Positions 47,956 to 58,800 of a stretch of 64,000 nt of DNA are shown piece by piece. Numbering within the stretch: position 1 is the first letter of the stretch; every line of letters begins with the position of its first letter. The position numbers and the translations under genes were made by a program. This DNA comes from a virus. Below the pieces are notes generated by a model, which saw only the letters and a program-made list of their open reading frames with translations, searched no databases and was not told the DNA's origin. The stretch is taken from positions 41,231-105,230 of IMG/VR virus record IMGVR_UViG_3300025150_000006; one strand, 5' to 3'.

Positions 47956-50900
47956 TCAAACTCTTCCCAGCATTGGAGAAGTCATCAGCTCGGTGACCTT
48001 GTGGTTGAGGTTCCAGTTGGAAGCATCTCGCTTCTTGACCCCTTCCCACTCGGCTCCCAAAGCGATGATCTGGGCGTCCTTGATGATGCGGTCAAAAATA
48101 GCCCCATCCATCTCCTGGAAAGAACGACGGATCTGGTCCAGGGTGATGTCGTTCTCGTTGCGAGGAACACCCCCATCGTCACCTGCGTAGGTGAGATCCA
48201 GGTTGACCTCATCGACCACCTGCTCCTGGCCCTGCCTCCAGGCCCGAGCCGTTCGTTGCTTCATCGACTCACTGTTCCAGGAGTCCCGGTCGAGGTGGAT
48301 GACCGTATTGAAGCTCTGGAGGTTGTGCCCGTACATATAGGTCTTGCCGAGCAGCGTGGCTGTCGCGATAGACGGGTCGGGGTTGACGATCTCCTTGAGC
48401 ACAAACTGTTGCCAGTCGTCGGCCAAATACGTCTGATGAACTCCCTGCTTGCCAGGGAGTGCCGGATGCTTCTTGTACGCCTTCTTCACGAAGGGGAGCT
48501 GCAACACCGAGACCCCACCGGTCTCAGCCAAGATGGCCTTGCGCTTCTCGGGGTCCTTGACCAACTTGTTGAGGAGGTTGAGGTCCAGTGGATAGACGAG
48601 CTTGGTCAGTTCCGCCCCACCCCGGAAGAAGTGGATGGCATCGTTCAAAGCGACGACGTGTGTTCCGGCCAGGGTACTGGCCAAATGCTGGCCAGCCTCC
48701 ATGCACATTTCACGGTCGTCGGAGAACAGCAGTGCTCGGGAGCCTTGTGCTCGCTCCAACTTGGCAGCGATGGTCTCCTCAGCGGCAGCGATCTTTGGGT
48801 TGCCGATGCTGTTGGCCATCCCCTCCAGGTCGGCTGGGGTGTAACTCGTCTGCCATTTCTTGAGCACCGCGAGGAAGTTCTTGGGCAGGGGGCGAGGATC
48901 CCCATTGGCATCTACGAAGTCAGGCAGGTATCCCTTCTCAATGGCGAAGGCCACATCCCGCAGAGCCTTTGCCGGTCGGTTCGCCATCTCCGTGAGGAGT
49001 TTGATGATGGGAGCCAGGGCTCGGCTGAACACCTTCTCGGCCTGGCGGTCACCGTAGGCGTCGGTCTTCTTACGCTCACGGAACTTCCGAGCGGCTCCTT
49101 CCATGACCGTAGCAAAACCCGAGGTGACATCACGGTAGATGGCTTCCACCTGAGGAGGCATCTCCACTGGGGTGTCCGTGACCGTAGGCTTGGGGAGCTT
49201 GTACTCTTTCACGTCGGTCTTGTCGGCGTGAAAGATGTTGCGCTTCACCCAGGTGTGCAGGTCCCGTTGAACCAACGGATCCTGCTTGATACCGACGATG
49301 CGACCACCCACGACCTCACAGAATCTCTCCTTGAATCGCCGCATCTCCTTGCGGTTGTCCTTGGCCTCGATGCTTTGACCGAACAGAGGGGTGTTGTTCG
49401 TGATGGCGGCCAGAACGTAGGCCTCCATCGGGTTCCGCTCCATCGGGGAAGCAGTGAGGCAGATTTTGCGAGGATGGTGGAGCTTGAGTGCTGCCTGTGA
49501 TGCCCCATTCGAGGGGTTCTTCATCGCCTGCGCCTCGTCGAAGAAGATGCCGGCGTACAGGGCAGGATCCCAAGCCTTCTTGCTTGTGTAGGCCATGGCG
49601 GCCTTGGTGCGCCCGGCCTGCTTGCCACGAGCCATGCGGCCCTTCCAGAACGGGATAGACCGAAGGGCTCGGGGGACATTTCCAGACTTCGAGGCTCCAC
49701 TGAACTGGTGATAGGAGAGCACGTCCACCCGGTCGAGCATGACCTTGGGATCGGACAGCATTGCTCGCAGCTCCTTCTTGATGTTGCCCCGCAGACTGGT
49801 AGGGCACACGAAAAGGAACCGGCCGTTCGTCTGGACCTCGACTCCATCGGGTCGAGTGTATGTCGCATCGGTTTCAGCCAGGCCATCACGGACGAGCTTG
49901 AGCATCATCCCGATCGAGGTAGCCGTGTTGTGGTTCAGCACCCCATTGCCGACAAAGCAGTGGGAGGGGTCGTCCACTTCGATGTCTACCACTACGGCAT
50001 CCGACTCCTTCAGAACCTCAATGGGGTCATAGAAGAAGTGGCGGTCCACCACAGTGGCAATAGCTTTGAAGCTCGGATGCTCGTGGCAGCCCGCATCGAC
50101 CGCCAGCGAGAGCATCCCCCGCAGGAACGAATACGTCGGATTCCGGCGACCGAGCCGGATGTGGTTCACGGTGTTGTCGAAACTGGCCGACCCCATCTTG
50201 CGGCGGAATGCGGAGACGTTCATGCCAACAGCGGACAGCATGGCGTCGAACAACCCACCCACCGCAGGGGCCAGATGAGGCACTACGTCGAGGTTGCTGT
50301 TGCGGGTAGCAGGCACGTCCTTCGAAGCTGCTATCTTGCGGTCTGATACGAAACCGATGACCTGTTGATAGGTCACGGCATCTTGGCCACAGATAGTCAC
50401 CCGCCAGTAGGTGTGGTCGTAGCCCTTGACCCTCTTCGGGTTCCGGGAGCAGACGATGCCGAATCGGAGCAAGAGAACCTGCACCTCACGCCCAAGTTGC
50501 TCGGACGCCGTGCTGAACTCTATGTGGCTTTGACCCTCGCCCTGAACGTGTCCTTCAGCGTCCACCAGCCCACGAATGAATTGTCGTACCGTCTCCCTGG
50601 AGGAGCGCAGGATGATCCCGGGGACTGTTTTGTCCTTGGCGAGCCCCATCCCCACGCCCATACGGGTCAGATAGTCCCGCAGGAAGACACTCGGAATGCG
50701 GATGTCCTTCTCTGGACGGGCAGTCCAGCCCATGAGACGTTGAAGCAAATCTTCGATGTCGGCTCGGACTTCGGGGTTCTTTTCTGGGCACTGGCTGATG
50801 GTGAAAGTCGCTCGGTTGTTGGTCCAGCCCTCACCCACGATGTAGCCCAGCAACCGCCCCAACTCAGGGGTCATCCGGTCAGGGACTGGGAACACCTGTA

Positions 50901-53031
50901 AATTTCCATTGGTGAAGGTCACGTCAGGGTTCTTGCTGGGCTGCTGAAACTCTGCCCTCAACGGGAGTGACAGCAGCGGGTCTTCAGCGGGGAAGGGGGC
51001 GTCCTTGCGCTCGATGCACAGATAGTCGCCTGCTTCCAGATTTGGGGTTTGCACCCATGCTTCCTGACCATCTGGGGTCCGAACCAGCAAAGGGTGGATG
51101 AGTGACCCCTCGACCTCGTAGCCCCTGTGGGTGCGGACCTGGATGGTTTGCCTCGGACCGCCATAGTAGAAGTTCTTGACTGGTAGGGCCTTGCCATCAA
51201 CCAACACCGACCAGCCTTCAACCGGGACGGTCGTGTCAGGTTCAGTGACCCCCGGATTCATGGCTCCAATGGGGATCACACCCTTATTTGTGGTGATGAG
51301 GGTGCTCTCCACCACGCACTTCCCGACACCAGTTTCTAGGGCACAGACGCCCGAGTTGCCGTTGGAGTCCATCCAGGCAATGGATTCCCGCTGCTTCTCA
51401 CGGAGGTCAAAAGCGTTCCAGTTTCCATCCTTGTCGAACGAGCCCTTCACGAACTGGAACTGCTCACCCTCCTCGTTCTCCGATGACAGAGCCTCGGGGG
51501 CGTAGGCATCCAGGTTCTTGGTGGCGGCTTCTGCCCGAGCCAACTCCTTGTAATAGGTCTTGACCTCGCCCAGGGCGGCAGGGGAGAGCGACATCCCCTG
51601 CAAGGTCTCCATCACGATGCCGAAGTCCTTGGGGTCAAAATAGAAGCCCGCCGCTCGGCTCCCCGCCACTGCCTCGTAGCTGACCGAGGGGATACACCCC
51701 TTCTGTGTACCTGTGTTGCAGGACAGTTCCTTGAGAGCGTTGCGGAGCACGGCATTCTGCCGGGTGCCATCAATCTTGAGGTAGAGCTTCTTCGTCTTGA
51801 TGGTGAGGGGTTTGCCTTGGAACCGTCGTTGGGTCACAACCTCAGCAACAGTGACATAGGGCTCACGCTCGGAAGGGTCGATGACCTTCGGGACACTGGA
51901 CTCACGACCCTTCTTCACGTCGTAGGTGTAGATCGTGCCCTCGATGAGGCGACCCTCGGAGTTGATCAGGTCATCGAGAAACACGCCTTTGTAGCGACCC
52001 TCAGCGACGACCTTGTACTCCTCCACACGGGTCTCACCGGTCTCCTGACTGTTGATGAACCGGGTCACCCGCTTCGTTGGGAAGAGACGGGTCAACTTGC
52101 CCTGCTTGGCCTTGTCGTCGGTGATAGCATCCCACTCCAGGTCCCCGGACAGCCCAGCCAGATCACTGTCGGAGAGCAGTCGCAGTTCCTCGGGAGGAAC
52201 TACCGTCCGGTGAGGAACTCGGGATAGCAGGGCCATGGCATCGGACTTCGTCCGCACCTTCGCGAAGAAATCCTCTTTCGGGAGAACTTCCCCATCCCGG
52301 TCGTGGACCATCTCTTCGCCCGTGGCGGGGTCTACGGACAGGACAACCGGGCGCCCTGCGAGGAAACCTTTCTTGACCTCTTTACCGGACTCTACGATTT
52401 GGGTTTCGAGGTTGGCATCGATCTCTGCCATCGTCTGCCCGAGCTTCTCCATCAGGGCGTAACTCTCAGGATCCTCATCCTTGAGCAGCTCGAACTTCTC
52501 TTGCCGGGGAGACATTTTGCGGAAAGTGGCCCATCGTTCCCGACCCATCTGGCGAGTGGGCTTGAAAAAGACCCCCTTGTCACGGGCAATCTGAATCAGG
52601 AGAGGGACCATTGTGGCGTTGAACTCGCCCCAGTAGAGGGGCATCATCCGACCTTGCAGAAGACGGAGGATGGTCCGGTCAATGTTCGGACGAGTCAAAG
52701 CGATGGCATTGACGGCAGCGGGGCTCAAAGGAGCCCCGTCCACCGGGCTGGTGATCTGAGCAATCCGGTCGGCTGCCCGCTTGTAGATGGTCTTCAGGTC
52801 CTTCGGGACTGGTGCCCCAAGGCTGATCTTCCGCATCTGGATGTAGAACTCGAAGATGGCAATCCCACGAAGAGTGAAAGCCTTACGGAGCCTCATCCAG
52901 ATCGACGGAGGGATGAGCCCATCAGCTTCGCCAAGATCCTTGGCGAGTTGCTTAGGGTCCACCCCTTGGAGTTCCTGCGTGACATCCTCGGCCAGACGCA
53001 GGAACCCGGTCTCTTCCAGCCCAACGCTCAT
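47956..53031 (-). CDS. SNF2-family helicase/ATPase with long N-terminal extension and intein
   Basis: LREKQ, ETGVGK|T, FVCP, FFDEAQ, LTASPMERN, GHNLQ, WN...QRTARAWRQGQ. Confidence 0.9.
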   Translation of the reverse strand: MSVGLEETGFLRLAEDVTQELQGVDPKQLAKDLGEADGLIPPSIWMRLRKAFTLRGIAIFEFYIQMRKISLGAPVPKDLKTIYKRAADRIAQITSPVDGAPLSPAAVNAIALTRPNIDRTILRLLQGRMMPLYWGEFNATMVPLLIQIARDKGVFFKPTRQMGRERWATFRKMSPRQEKFELLKDEDPESYALMEKLGQTMAEIDANLETQIVESGKEVKKGFLAGRPVVLSVDPATGEEMVHDRDGEVLPKEDFFAKVRTKSDAMALLSRVPHRTVVPPEELRLLSDSDLAGLSGDLEWDAITDDKAKQGKLTRLFPTKRVTRFINSQETGETRVEEYKVVAEGRYKGVFLDDLINSEGRLIEGTIYTYDVKKGRESSVPKVIDPSEREPYVTVAEVVTQRRFQGKPLTIKTKKLYLKIDGTRQNAVLRNALKELSCNTGTQKGCIPSVSYEAVAGSRAAGFYFDPKDFGIVMETLQGMSLSPAALGEVKTYYKELARAEAATKNLDAYAPEALSSENEEGEQFQFVKGSFDKDGNWNAFDLREKQRESIAWMDSNGNSGVCALETGVGKCVVESTLITTNKGVIPIGAMNPGVTEPDTTVPVEGWSVLVDGKALPVKNFYYGGPRQTIQVRTHRGYEVEGSLIHPLLVRTPDGQEAWVQTPNLEAGDYLCIERKDAPFPAEDPLLSLPLRAEFQQPSKNPDVTFTNGNLQVFPVPDRMTPELGRLLGYIVGEGWTNNRATFTISQCPEKNPEVRADIEDLLQRLMGWTARPEKDIRIPSVFLRDYLTRMGVGMGLAKDKTVPGIILRSSRETVRQFIRGLVDAEGHVQGEGQSHIEFSTASEQLGREVQVLLLRFGIVCSRNPKRVKGYDHTYWRVTICGQDAVTYQQVIGFVSDRKIAASKDVPATRNSNLDVVPHLAPAVGGLFDAMLSAVGMNVSAFRRKMGSASFDNTVNHIRLGRRNPTYSFLRGMLSLAVDAGCHEHPSFKAIATVVDRHFFYDPIEVLKESDAVVVDIEVDDPSHCFVGNGVLNHNTATSIGMMLKLVRDGLAETDATYTRPDGVEVQTNGRFLFVCPTSLRGNIKKELRAMLSDPKVMLDRVDVLSYHQFSGASKSGNVPRALRSIPFWKGRMARGKQAGRTKAAMAYTSKKAWDPALYAGIFFDEAQAMKNPSNGASQAALKLHHPRKICLTASPMERNPMEAYVLAAITNNTPLFGQSIEAKDNRKEMRRFKERFCEVVGGRIVGIKQDPLVQRDLHTWVKRNIFHADKTDVKEYKLPKPTVTDTPVEMPPQVEAIYRDVTSGFATVMEGAARKFRERKKTDAYGDRQAEKVFSRALAPIIKLLTEMANRPAKALRDVAFAIEKGYLPDFVDANGDPRPLPKNFLAVLKKWQTSYTPADLEGMANSIGNPKIAAAEETIAAKLERAQGSRALLFSDDREMCMEAGQHLASTLAGTHVVALNDAIHFFRGGAELTKLVYPLDLNLLNKLVKDPEKRKAILAETGGVSVLQLPFVKKAYKKHPALPGKQGVHQTYLADDWQQFVLKEIVNPDPSIATATLLGKTYMYGHNLQSFNTVIHLDRDSWNSESMKQRTARAWRQGQEQVVDEVNLDLTYAGDDGGVPRNENDITLDQIRRSFQEMDGAIFDRIIKDAQIIALGAEWEGVKKRDASNWNLNHKVTELMTSPMLGRV
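49927..51318 (-). mobile_element. Intein in SNF2 Walker A (464 aa, class 1, LAGLIDADG)
   Basis: Begins CVVEST, ends NGVLNHN followed by Thr; LLGYIVGEG and FIRGLVDAEG. Confidence 0.93.
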
Positions 53032-53040
53032 CGTCTGCCC

Positions 53041-55791
53041 CTAGTCTTCGTCCCACTCAAGCCAGGCGTTCACGGTGCGGGGCACTGGCTCTGAGGCCAT
53101 CTTGGACCCGGCCTCCGGGTAGGATGCCGACAGGATGCGGCTGTACTTGCAGTCCGCCGTCTTGCCGTGAGTCTCGAAGTAGTTGGTGATGTGCTGGTGC
53201 TGAGCAGCTCGACGACGGTGCAGACCCGAGGCCAAACGTCCTGCCTCGGCCCGCATCTCGGAGCAGGCGGACAACCCGAGGGAAGCGACCTTGTCGGTGA
53301 ACCCGTAGAGGCCGTAGCTGCGAGCGGTCTTGTTGGTCTTCTCGTCGTCCTTGTCCTCACCAACGACCGGAACACCCGAGACGGCCTGGACACCGCGCTG
53401 AGCCCGCAGCTCTTCGAGGCGAGCCGTCCGCTTCATCTCGGCGGCCACCTTCGGTCCGATCTCTCCGAGTGCGGACACGAGAATGTGAGCCGGCAGGGAG
53501 TCGGCACGCTTGGCGTGGGTGCTCAGGAACTCCGCGACCTTCGCGTTCTTGGCGTAAACCGAACGAGCGATGGTGGCGGCGGCCTTTTGAGCCTTGCGGA
53601 TGCAAGAATCGCAGTCAGCCTGGACCCGCTTGGTGTGGCCGTACAGGCCACTGCCTGCCTCCTTGTCCTGGGCAGCGAGCTTGAATCCCTTGTCCTTCAT
53701 GTAGGGCTTGGCCAGGCGGTAAGCTGCGGGAGAGGTGAGATGGCTTGCTCTCGTTCCCACATCAGCCAGGGTCTCCGCGAGAGGTAGTGGGACATTGTAG
53801 AGGTCTACCACCCGGGCCTGATCTCGGAGGTCATCCTCGATGAGCTTGCGGTCTCCAGAGGACCAGTAGGACCAGATGTAGGCATCCCGTGCATTGTCCG
53901 TGGCACCAAACAGAGTGTTGTTGTTGATCACCAGGGCGTACATGGGGACGGATTCAACCGGCTTGGCGGCCCGCTTGGTCTGGTTGCCCGAGCCATCAGG
54001 GGTCTCTGACCCTTCGCCCAGGGAGTCGTCCTCAGGGTCATCGGTGAGGTGGCCCGAGTCCCAGCCGTCGGGAACACGAGAACCTTCCTCGAAGGAAGCG
54101 GCAGCGGTTTTCTCGTTGCCCTTGTCCTTCTTGCCATCCGCGTGCTCCTTGGTGATGTTCACCTTGCGGATCTTGGCGAGCAGTTCTAGGCCAGGAGCGA
54201 ACGAGAGCTTGCGGCCCTGGTAGCCGAGATCCCAGGCGGCCATCTCCAGAGCACCATCCAGGTCGGATGCCTCGGTCAACTCACCACGGGTCCAGTCCCA
54301 GAAGGCTTTGAGGGCCTTGCCGTTCTTGGTGTTGGGGTCCTCCGAATCCGGGACCTTGGCCTGCCACTTCTTGAGATCCGCCTTGGCAGCGGTCTTGAAC
54401 TTGTCCTTGTTCTTGAGGTTCTCCAGACGCCACTTCTTGGCGTCCTCCTCGCTCATGTTCTCGGTGGGGTCCGCCTTCTCGCCTTCCTCGAACTTGGCGA
54501 GTTGCTCATCCCCACCAGCGAACCGAACCGGCCGTCCACGGGCATCCTCAAGATGGATGCTCTCGATAGAGGGATCACTTTCGAGTCCTCGGAGGGTGCG
54601 CTTCAAGTGAGACAGGGACGAGTCATCCGCATTGATGGTGTAGACCACATAGTCCCGGTACTTCTTCTCGGTCTTCAGGCTGTAACCGTTGAGGATGCTC
54701 TTGATGATGGGCAACGCAGAAGGATTCTCGAACCGGACCGTGATCTCATACCCGGAGTCGAAGTCACCAGCGGACTTGGCCAGGTTGAGGAGAGTCCGTG
54801 CCTGGTCGGAGGCCATACGGAGATACCAGCCCGTCTGCTGCTCGAACAGCTTGGCGAGTTGGTCCCACATCACGCCACGGAACTTCTTGACGAGCTTCTT
54901 TCCCTTCACGGAGACGTTGTAGAACTCCAGGTCGTACTCATCGGCCGGGGTGAGGTGAACCTCGAAGTAGTTGCCCTTCGAGGGCTGCTTGTTGGGCCAC
55001 TTGACCCCCACGCCGTCCTTGAGCCAGATGATCTGCTTGGCTCCGATCATTCGCATCGCCCGCATACCGCCCATCTGCTCGATGATCGTCTTGCCGATCA
55101 TCTCGTTGGCGGCCACGTCAATAGCGGCCGAGCGAGCGTGCATCTCCAGAGCGGCCAGGTCTCGGTCGAGAGCAACTTCGGGAATGGACCCAGCCGTCAT
55201 CTCCATATCGAGCGAGGCCAGTTCGTCGAATGCACTCATCTTGCTCTCCTGGGCCTCGTTGGTGGAGGCTGAGCGGTACTTCTTCGCTTGCTGAACGATG
55301 TCCCATGCTTCTCGATCATTGCGAGCGTTCTCTACCGCTTCCATCATCTCGTCCCGTTCCATCCGGGTAATGGCCTTGCGACGGAAATCACTCTCGATGT
55401 CCTGGATGACGTAGGGGAAGCGGTAAGATTTTGCGTACCGGCTACCCATCATGTCCTCATCTTCAGCCTCGGATTGGAACTTCCTCCACGCCGCTTTGGC
55501 CTTCTCCCCCACCATCATTGTCTTGGTGCGGGGCCAGTAGAGGACTTCCTGCCCCTTGCGAACCGGAGTACCATCATCAGCGACCCCAGGGTACTTCGCC
55601 TTCAGCCAGTAGGGATCACCCTTGTAGCTGGTGTACCCTGCCTGCTTGAACTTGTCCCCGTGCTCCTCGTTCATCGCCTTCCACTTGGCGGCGTCCTCGG
55701 GGCTCATGTTCTTGGTGGGATCAGCCGGCTTCCCCTCGGGGAACCGAGCCAACCGCTCCAGGGTGTTCAAGTCGTCGTTCAGTGTACTCAT
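53041..55791 (-). CDS. Modular 916-aa protein with internal repeats, candidate processed polyprotein
   Basis: GGAGG RBS; more than 12 [KR]xA sites; duplicated 36-aa EG..ADPT.NMS.EDA.KW module; duplicated GLYG module. Confidence 0.85.
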   Translation of the reverse strand: MSTLNDDLNTLERLARFPEGKPADPTKNMSPEDAAKWKAMNEEHGDKFKQAGYTSYKGDPYWLKAKYPGVADDGTPVRKGQEVLYWPRTKTMMVGEKAKAAWRKFQSEAEDEDMMGSRYAKSYRFPYVIQDIESDFRRKAITRMERDEMMEAVENARNDREAWDIVQQAKKYRSASTNEAQESKMSAFDELASLDMEMTAGSIPEVALDRDLAALEMHARSAAIDVAANEMIGKTIIEQMGGMRAMRMIGAKQIIWLKDGVGVKWPNKQPSKGNYFEVHLTPADEYDLEFYNVSVKGKKLVKKFRGVMWDQLAKLFEQQTGWYLRMASDQARTLLNLAKSAGDFDSGYEITVRFENPSALPIIKSILNGYSLKTEKKYRDYVVYTINADDSSLSHLKRTLRGLESDPSIESIHLEDARGRPVRFAGGDEQLAKFEEGEKADPTENMSEEDAKKWRLENLKNKDKFKTAAKADLKKWQAKVPDSEDPNTKNGKALKAFWDWTRGELTEASDLDGALEMAAWDLGYQGRKLSFAPGLELLAKIRKVNITKEHADGKKDKGNEKTAAASFEEGSRVPDGWDSGHLTDDPEDDSLGEGSETPDGSGNQTKRAAKPVESVPMYALVINNNTLFGATDNARDAYIWSYWSSGDRKLIEDDLRDQARVVDLYNVPLPLAETLADVGTRASHLTSPAAYRLAKPYMKDKGFKLAAQDKEAGSGLYGHTKRVQADCDSCIRKAQKAAATIARSVYAKNAKVAEFLSTHAKRADSLPAHILVSALGEIGPKVAAEMKRTARLEELRAQRGVQAVSGVPVVGEDKDDEKTNKTARSYGLYGFTDKVASLGLSACSEMRAEAGRLASGLHRRRAAQHQHITNYFETHGKTADCKYSRILSASYPEAGSKMASEPVPRTVNAWLEWDED
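54388..55746 (-). repeat. Two dispersed 108-nt/36-aa intragenic repeat units (55639-55746 and 54388-54495)
   Basis: RFPEGKPADPTKNMSPEDAAKWKAMNEEHGDKFKQA versus KFEEGEKADPTENMSEEDAKKWRLENLKNKDKFKTA. Confidence 0.9.
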
Positions 55792-55833
55792 CGGATGCCT
55801 CCACTCATCGTGGGGTATTGGCTAGTCACCGCG

Positions 55834-58800
55834 TCAGGACAGGTAGGCAACTGCTTCGAACTTGCCAGGAGACAACTCGGTGAACTGGAGGTACAGCGTC
55901 GAGTTCCCGATGGACATCGGGGAGAACGGGTCCTCATCGTTCGAGAACGCCAGATGAACCACGATGGTCCCCGAGGGACGAGCCTGGAACAGGTGGCTGC
56001 TCACGATGTCATCCAGCTCGATGCCATAGTTGCCAATCACGTCGATAGCCTTGCTGTAGGCGTGTTCGGGCTTGCGGAAACGGCCATTGCCATCGAGTCC
56101 CGCACGTACCAACTCCCGGTTGGCTTCGGTGCGGGTCTTCCGGTCGATCTTGCCCACCATGGCGGCCATACGAGTCGTCTTCGCTCGCATCTTGTCCCCG
56201 TCTTTCTGAAGAAGGGACAAGTACCCAGGGGTGTACCCGACATCCCACATCCCGTCCTGGCTTGGACGGAAGTAGAAGTCATAGTTGCTGTTGCCATCGA
56301 ACTCGGGATTAGCATCTGATTCCGGATGAATCAGAGTGAACCCACCTCGTGGGGAACCCTTGAGGATACTGCCTCGGTACATCTTCTGGATGTTGTCGGC
56401 GAAGGCCTGGTTCACCTTGAGAAACCGGCCCTTGAGAATCATCTCAGGGACTGAGGCTGTGTGGGCCGGGGCCGTCTCGTTGTTGAGCTGAGGGTTCCCA
56501 TCACGAGGAGGATGCCCCTGCTCGACCCGGTAGCGGTCTTGCAACCGCTTCATCACGTCGGTCCCACCCGAGAGAGCCTGATGCTCCCCGTGGTCTACCT
56601 TGACGTCGTAGATGGGTTTGCCGTCCGGGTTGCCCGAGTAGGCCCCTCGGCGCCTCGTGGGCTTGCGAGGCGGCTTCCGCCGTCCGGACTTGTCTACCGA
56701 GAAAGCACCTGTGTTGGAAAGGTTCCGCCGCTGGTACTCGTGGGCCTCCTTCTCGGAACTGAAGGGGCCATAGTAGGTGGTCTCGCCCTCGTCGTCGCTG
56801 TACCCGTCGTCCTCGTCCTCGTTCTCGTTCTCAGCGTAAAGGGTGTACTCCAGATACCACTGGCCGTCCGACGCCAGGAAATACTCTTCCTCGCCACTGA
56901 CACTCGCTGTGTGCTTGTAGGCCCCGAACTTCCCCTTGCCGGCCAAGTCGATGAGATCCACCCGAGCCCGCTGGGAACCCTTGAACTGCTTGGCGAAGTG
57001 AGCGCTGGCAGCCTGGTCTCCCGAGAGGATCGCCCTCAGGTAACCTCGATAGTGCAGGTCATCCTGAGTCATGCCCTTGTTCTCGTCGAGGAGCTTCTGG
57101 GCAGCCCGGTGCCACTCGATCACCGCGATCCTGGTGTGGATAGCCATGCGGAGGAACCCATGGGCCAGTCGTGTGACGGCTTCACGCTCCTGGTTCTTGT
57201 GCTTGGGCCGTCGGGCATGACCACGGGCATAGTCTTCCTTGTTCCGGTGACGTCCTTGACCACCACCACCCTGTTCGGCCCTGGCTCGGCTGAACGGATC
57301 ACGCACTGCGTGCTCCTTCTCCGAAGGCTTGGTGCCCTTGCCCTTGGCGAACTTCCCACGCAGGACGTTCTTGTCCAGGTCGTCTACGAGGAGGAAGTAA
57401 CGGTGGTCCTGGTCAAGAATAACAGGGAAACCCCGCTTCCGAAGGCTTGCCACCATCTCCGTGAGGCGTGCTGCGTGAGCCCTCCGGTCTCGGTTGTCCC
57501 GGAGGCCAACCCAGATGCTCATGCGTCCTCGGTACTCCTGGTGATAGTCGGTGACGATGTCCTTGTTCTGGGGGAACTCGGACTTTAGCCAAGTCAGAGC
57601 CACACGGGCGTGAGCCACTCGCCAAGGGATTGGGATGGTCCCATCGATGTTGGCAGCCGGGGTGGCCCATCCGAAGGGGGAGGGACGAACCCGGTCCCAC
57701 TTGGAGGACTTGGTTGCGGTCTTGAGCAGCACAGCATCTACTCCTGCCAGAGCCTTCATCAGGACGTCGATTGAGGGGACCAGTTCCTTGGCCAGGATCC
57801 ACGACCCCGCCACATTCTGGATGAGCCGCTTGTCCCAGCCAGCACGCTCAAGGAGGCGCATTGCACTCTGGGCACAGTGTGGGCCAGCATTCACGACCAC
57901 ATCACCACTACGAAGTCGCTTGACCGACACGCACATATCGTCGGTCCCCGAAGCCATACGAAAATGGTCAGCCTCAGACTTCATCCGGTTCTGATAGAGT
58001 TTGTTCCGAATCGCTTTGAGGTCATCGTCTGAGGGCTTGGAACCCTTCTCATAGGTCCCTATCGCTCGGTGAATGAGTGCTTGGTCTGCTCCGGTGACTT
58101 TGGTTGCCAGATCCTTCAGGATGCGTAGTTTCTCTGCAATGGCAGAATCCACCACGACCTTAACAGCGGGTGGCTTCTTGACCCGTGGAGCCTTGGGGGG
58201 TCGATCCAGCGCCTCCCACTCTCTGAGCAGGCGACGCTGAGAGGGGGCCGCTCGTTCCAGTTGCCGGCGTTCCCATTGAGAAGCCTGCCGATCCACACCT
58301 GCGGTCTTGACCGAAGCTGTCTTCGTCGGAGCGACCTGAGCACCCTCCGGGGTGACCTCACGTTCGATGGCGCAGGCGGGGCGACGGACCAGGTAGTCGG
58401 GGAACTTCTCGAACCACTTGTGGTAGAAGTCATCCTCCGACACGACCCTGACGGTCTCTTTCGGGTTGGGGATGTTTGGGTCAGCCACATAGACGTTCAG
58501 GTCATCGTCCACGTCGAACACGACGCTGGCGTGCGACCAGTCTCGACCCTCAGGGTTCCATGCGATCATCACCGGGACACCTCGGTCGGTCCACGCCTTG
58601 AGCTGCTCAACCGTGGCTGGCATCGTCAGAGTGGCTCGGCAGCCATAGTGCTGTGCCGTTGCTAGAGCCTGCTCCCAGGCGGCTCCTTTCATTGGCCGAG
58701 CACCCATGACGTTGTTCACTTCGTCCTCGGTGACGTCATGGTCGAGGGCTCGGAGACACATTGCCAGGCTCGAAGCCATACAACTGTACTGAGTACGTTG

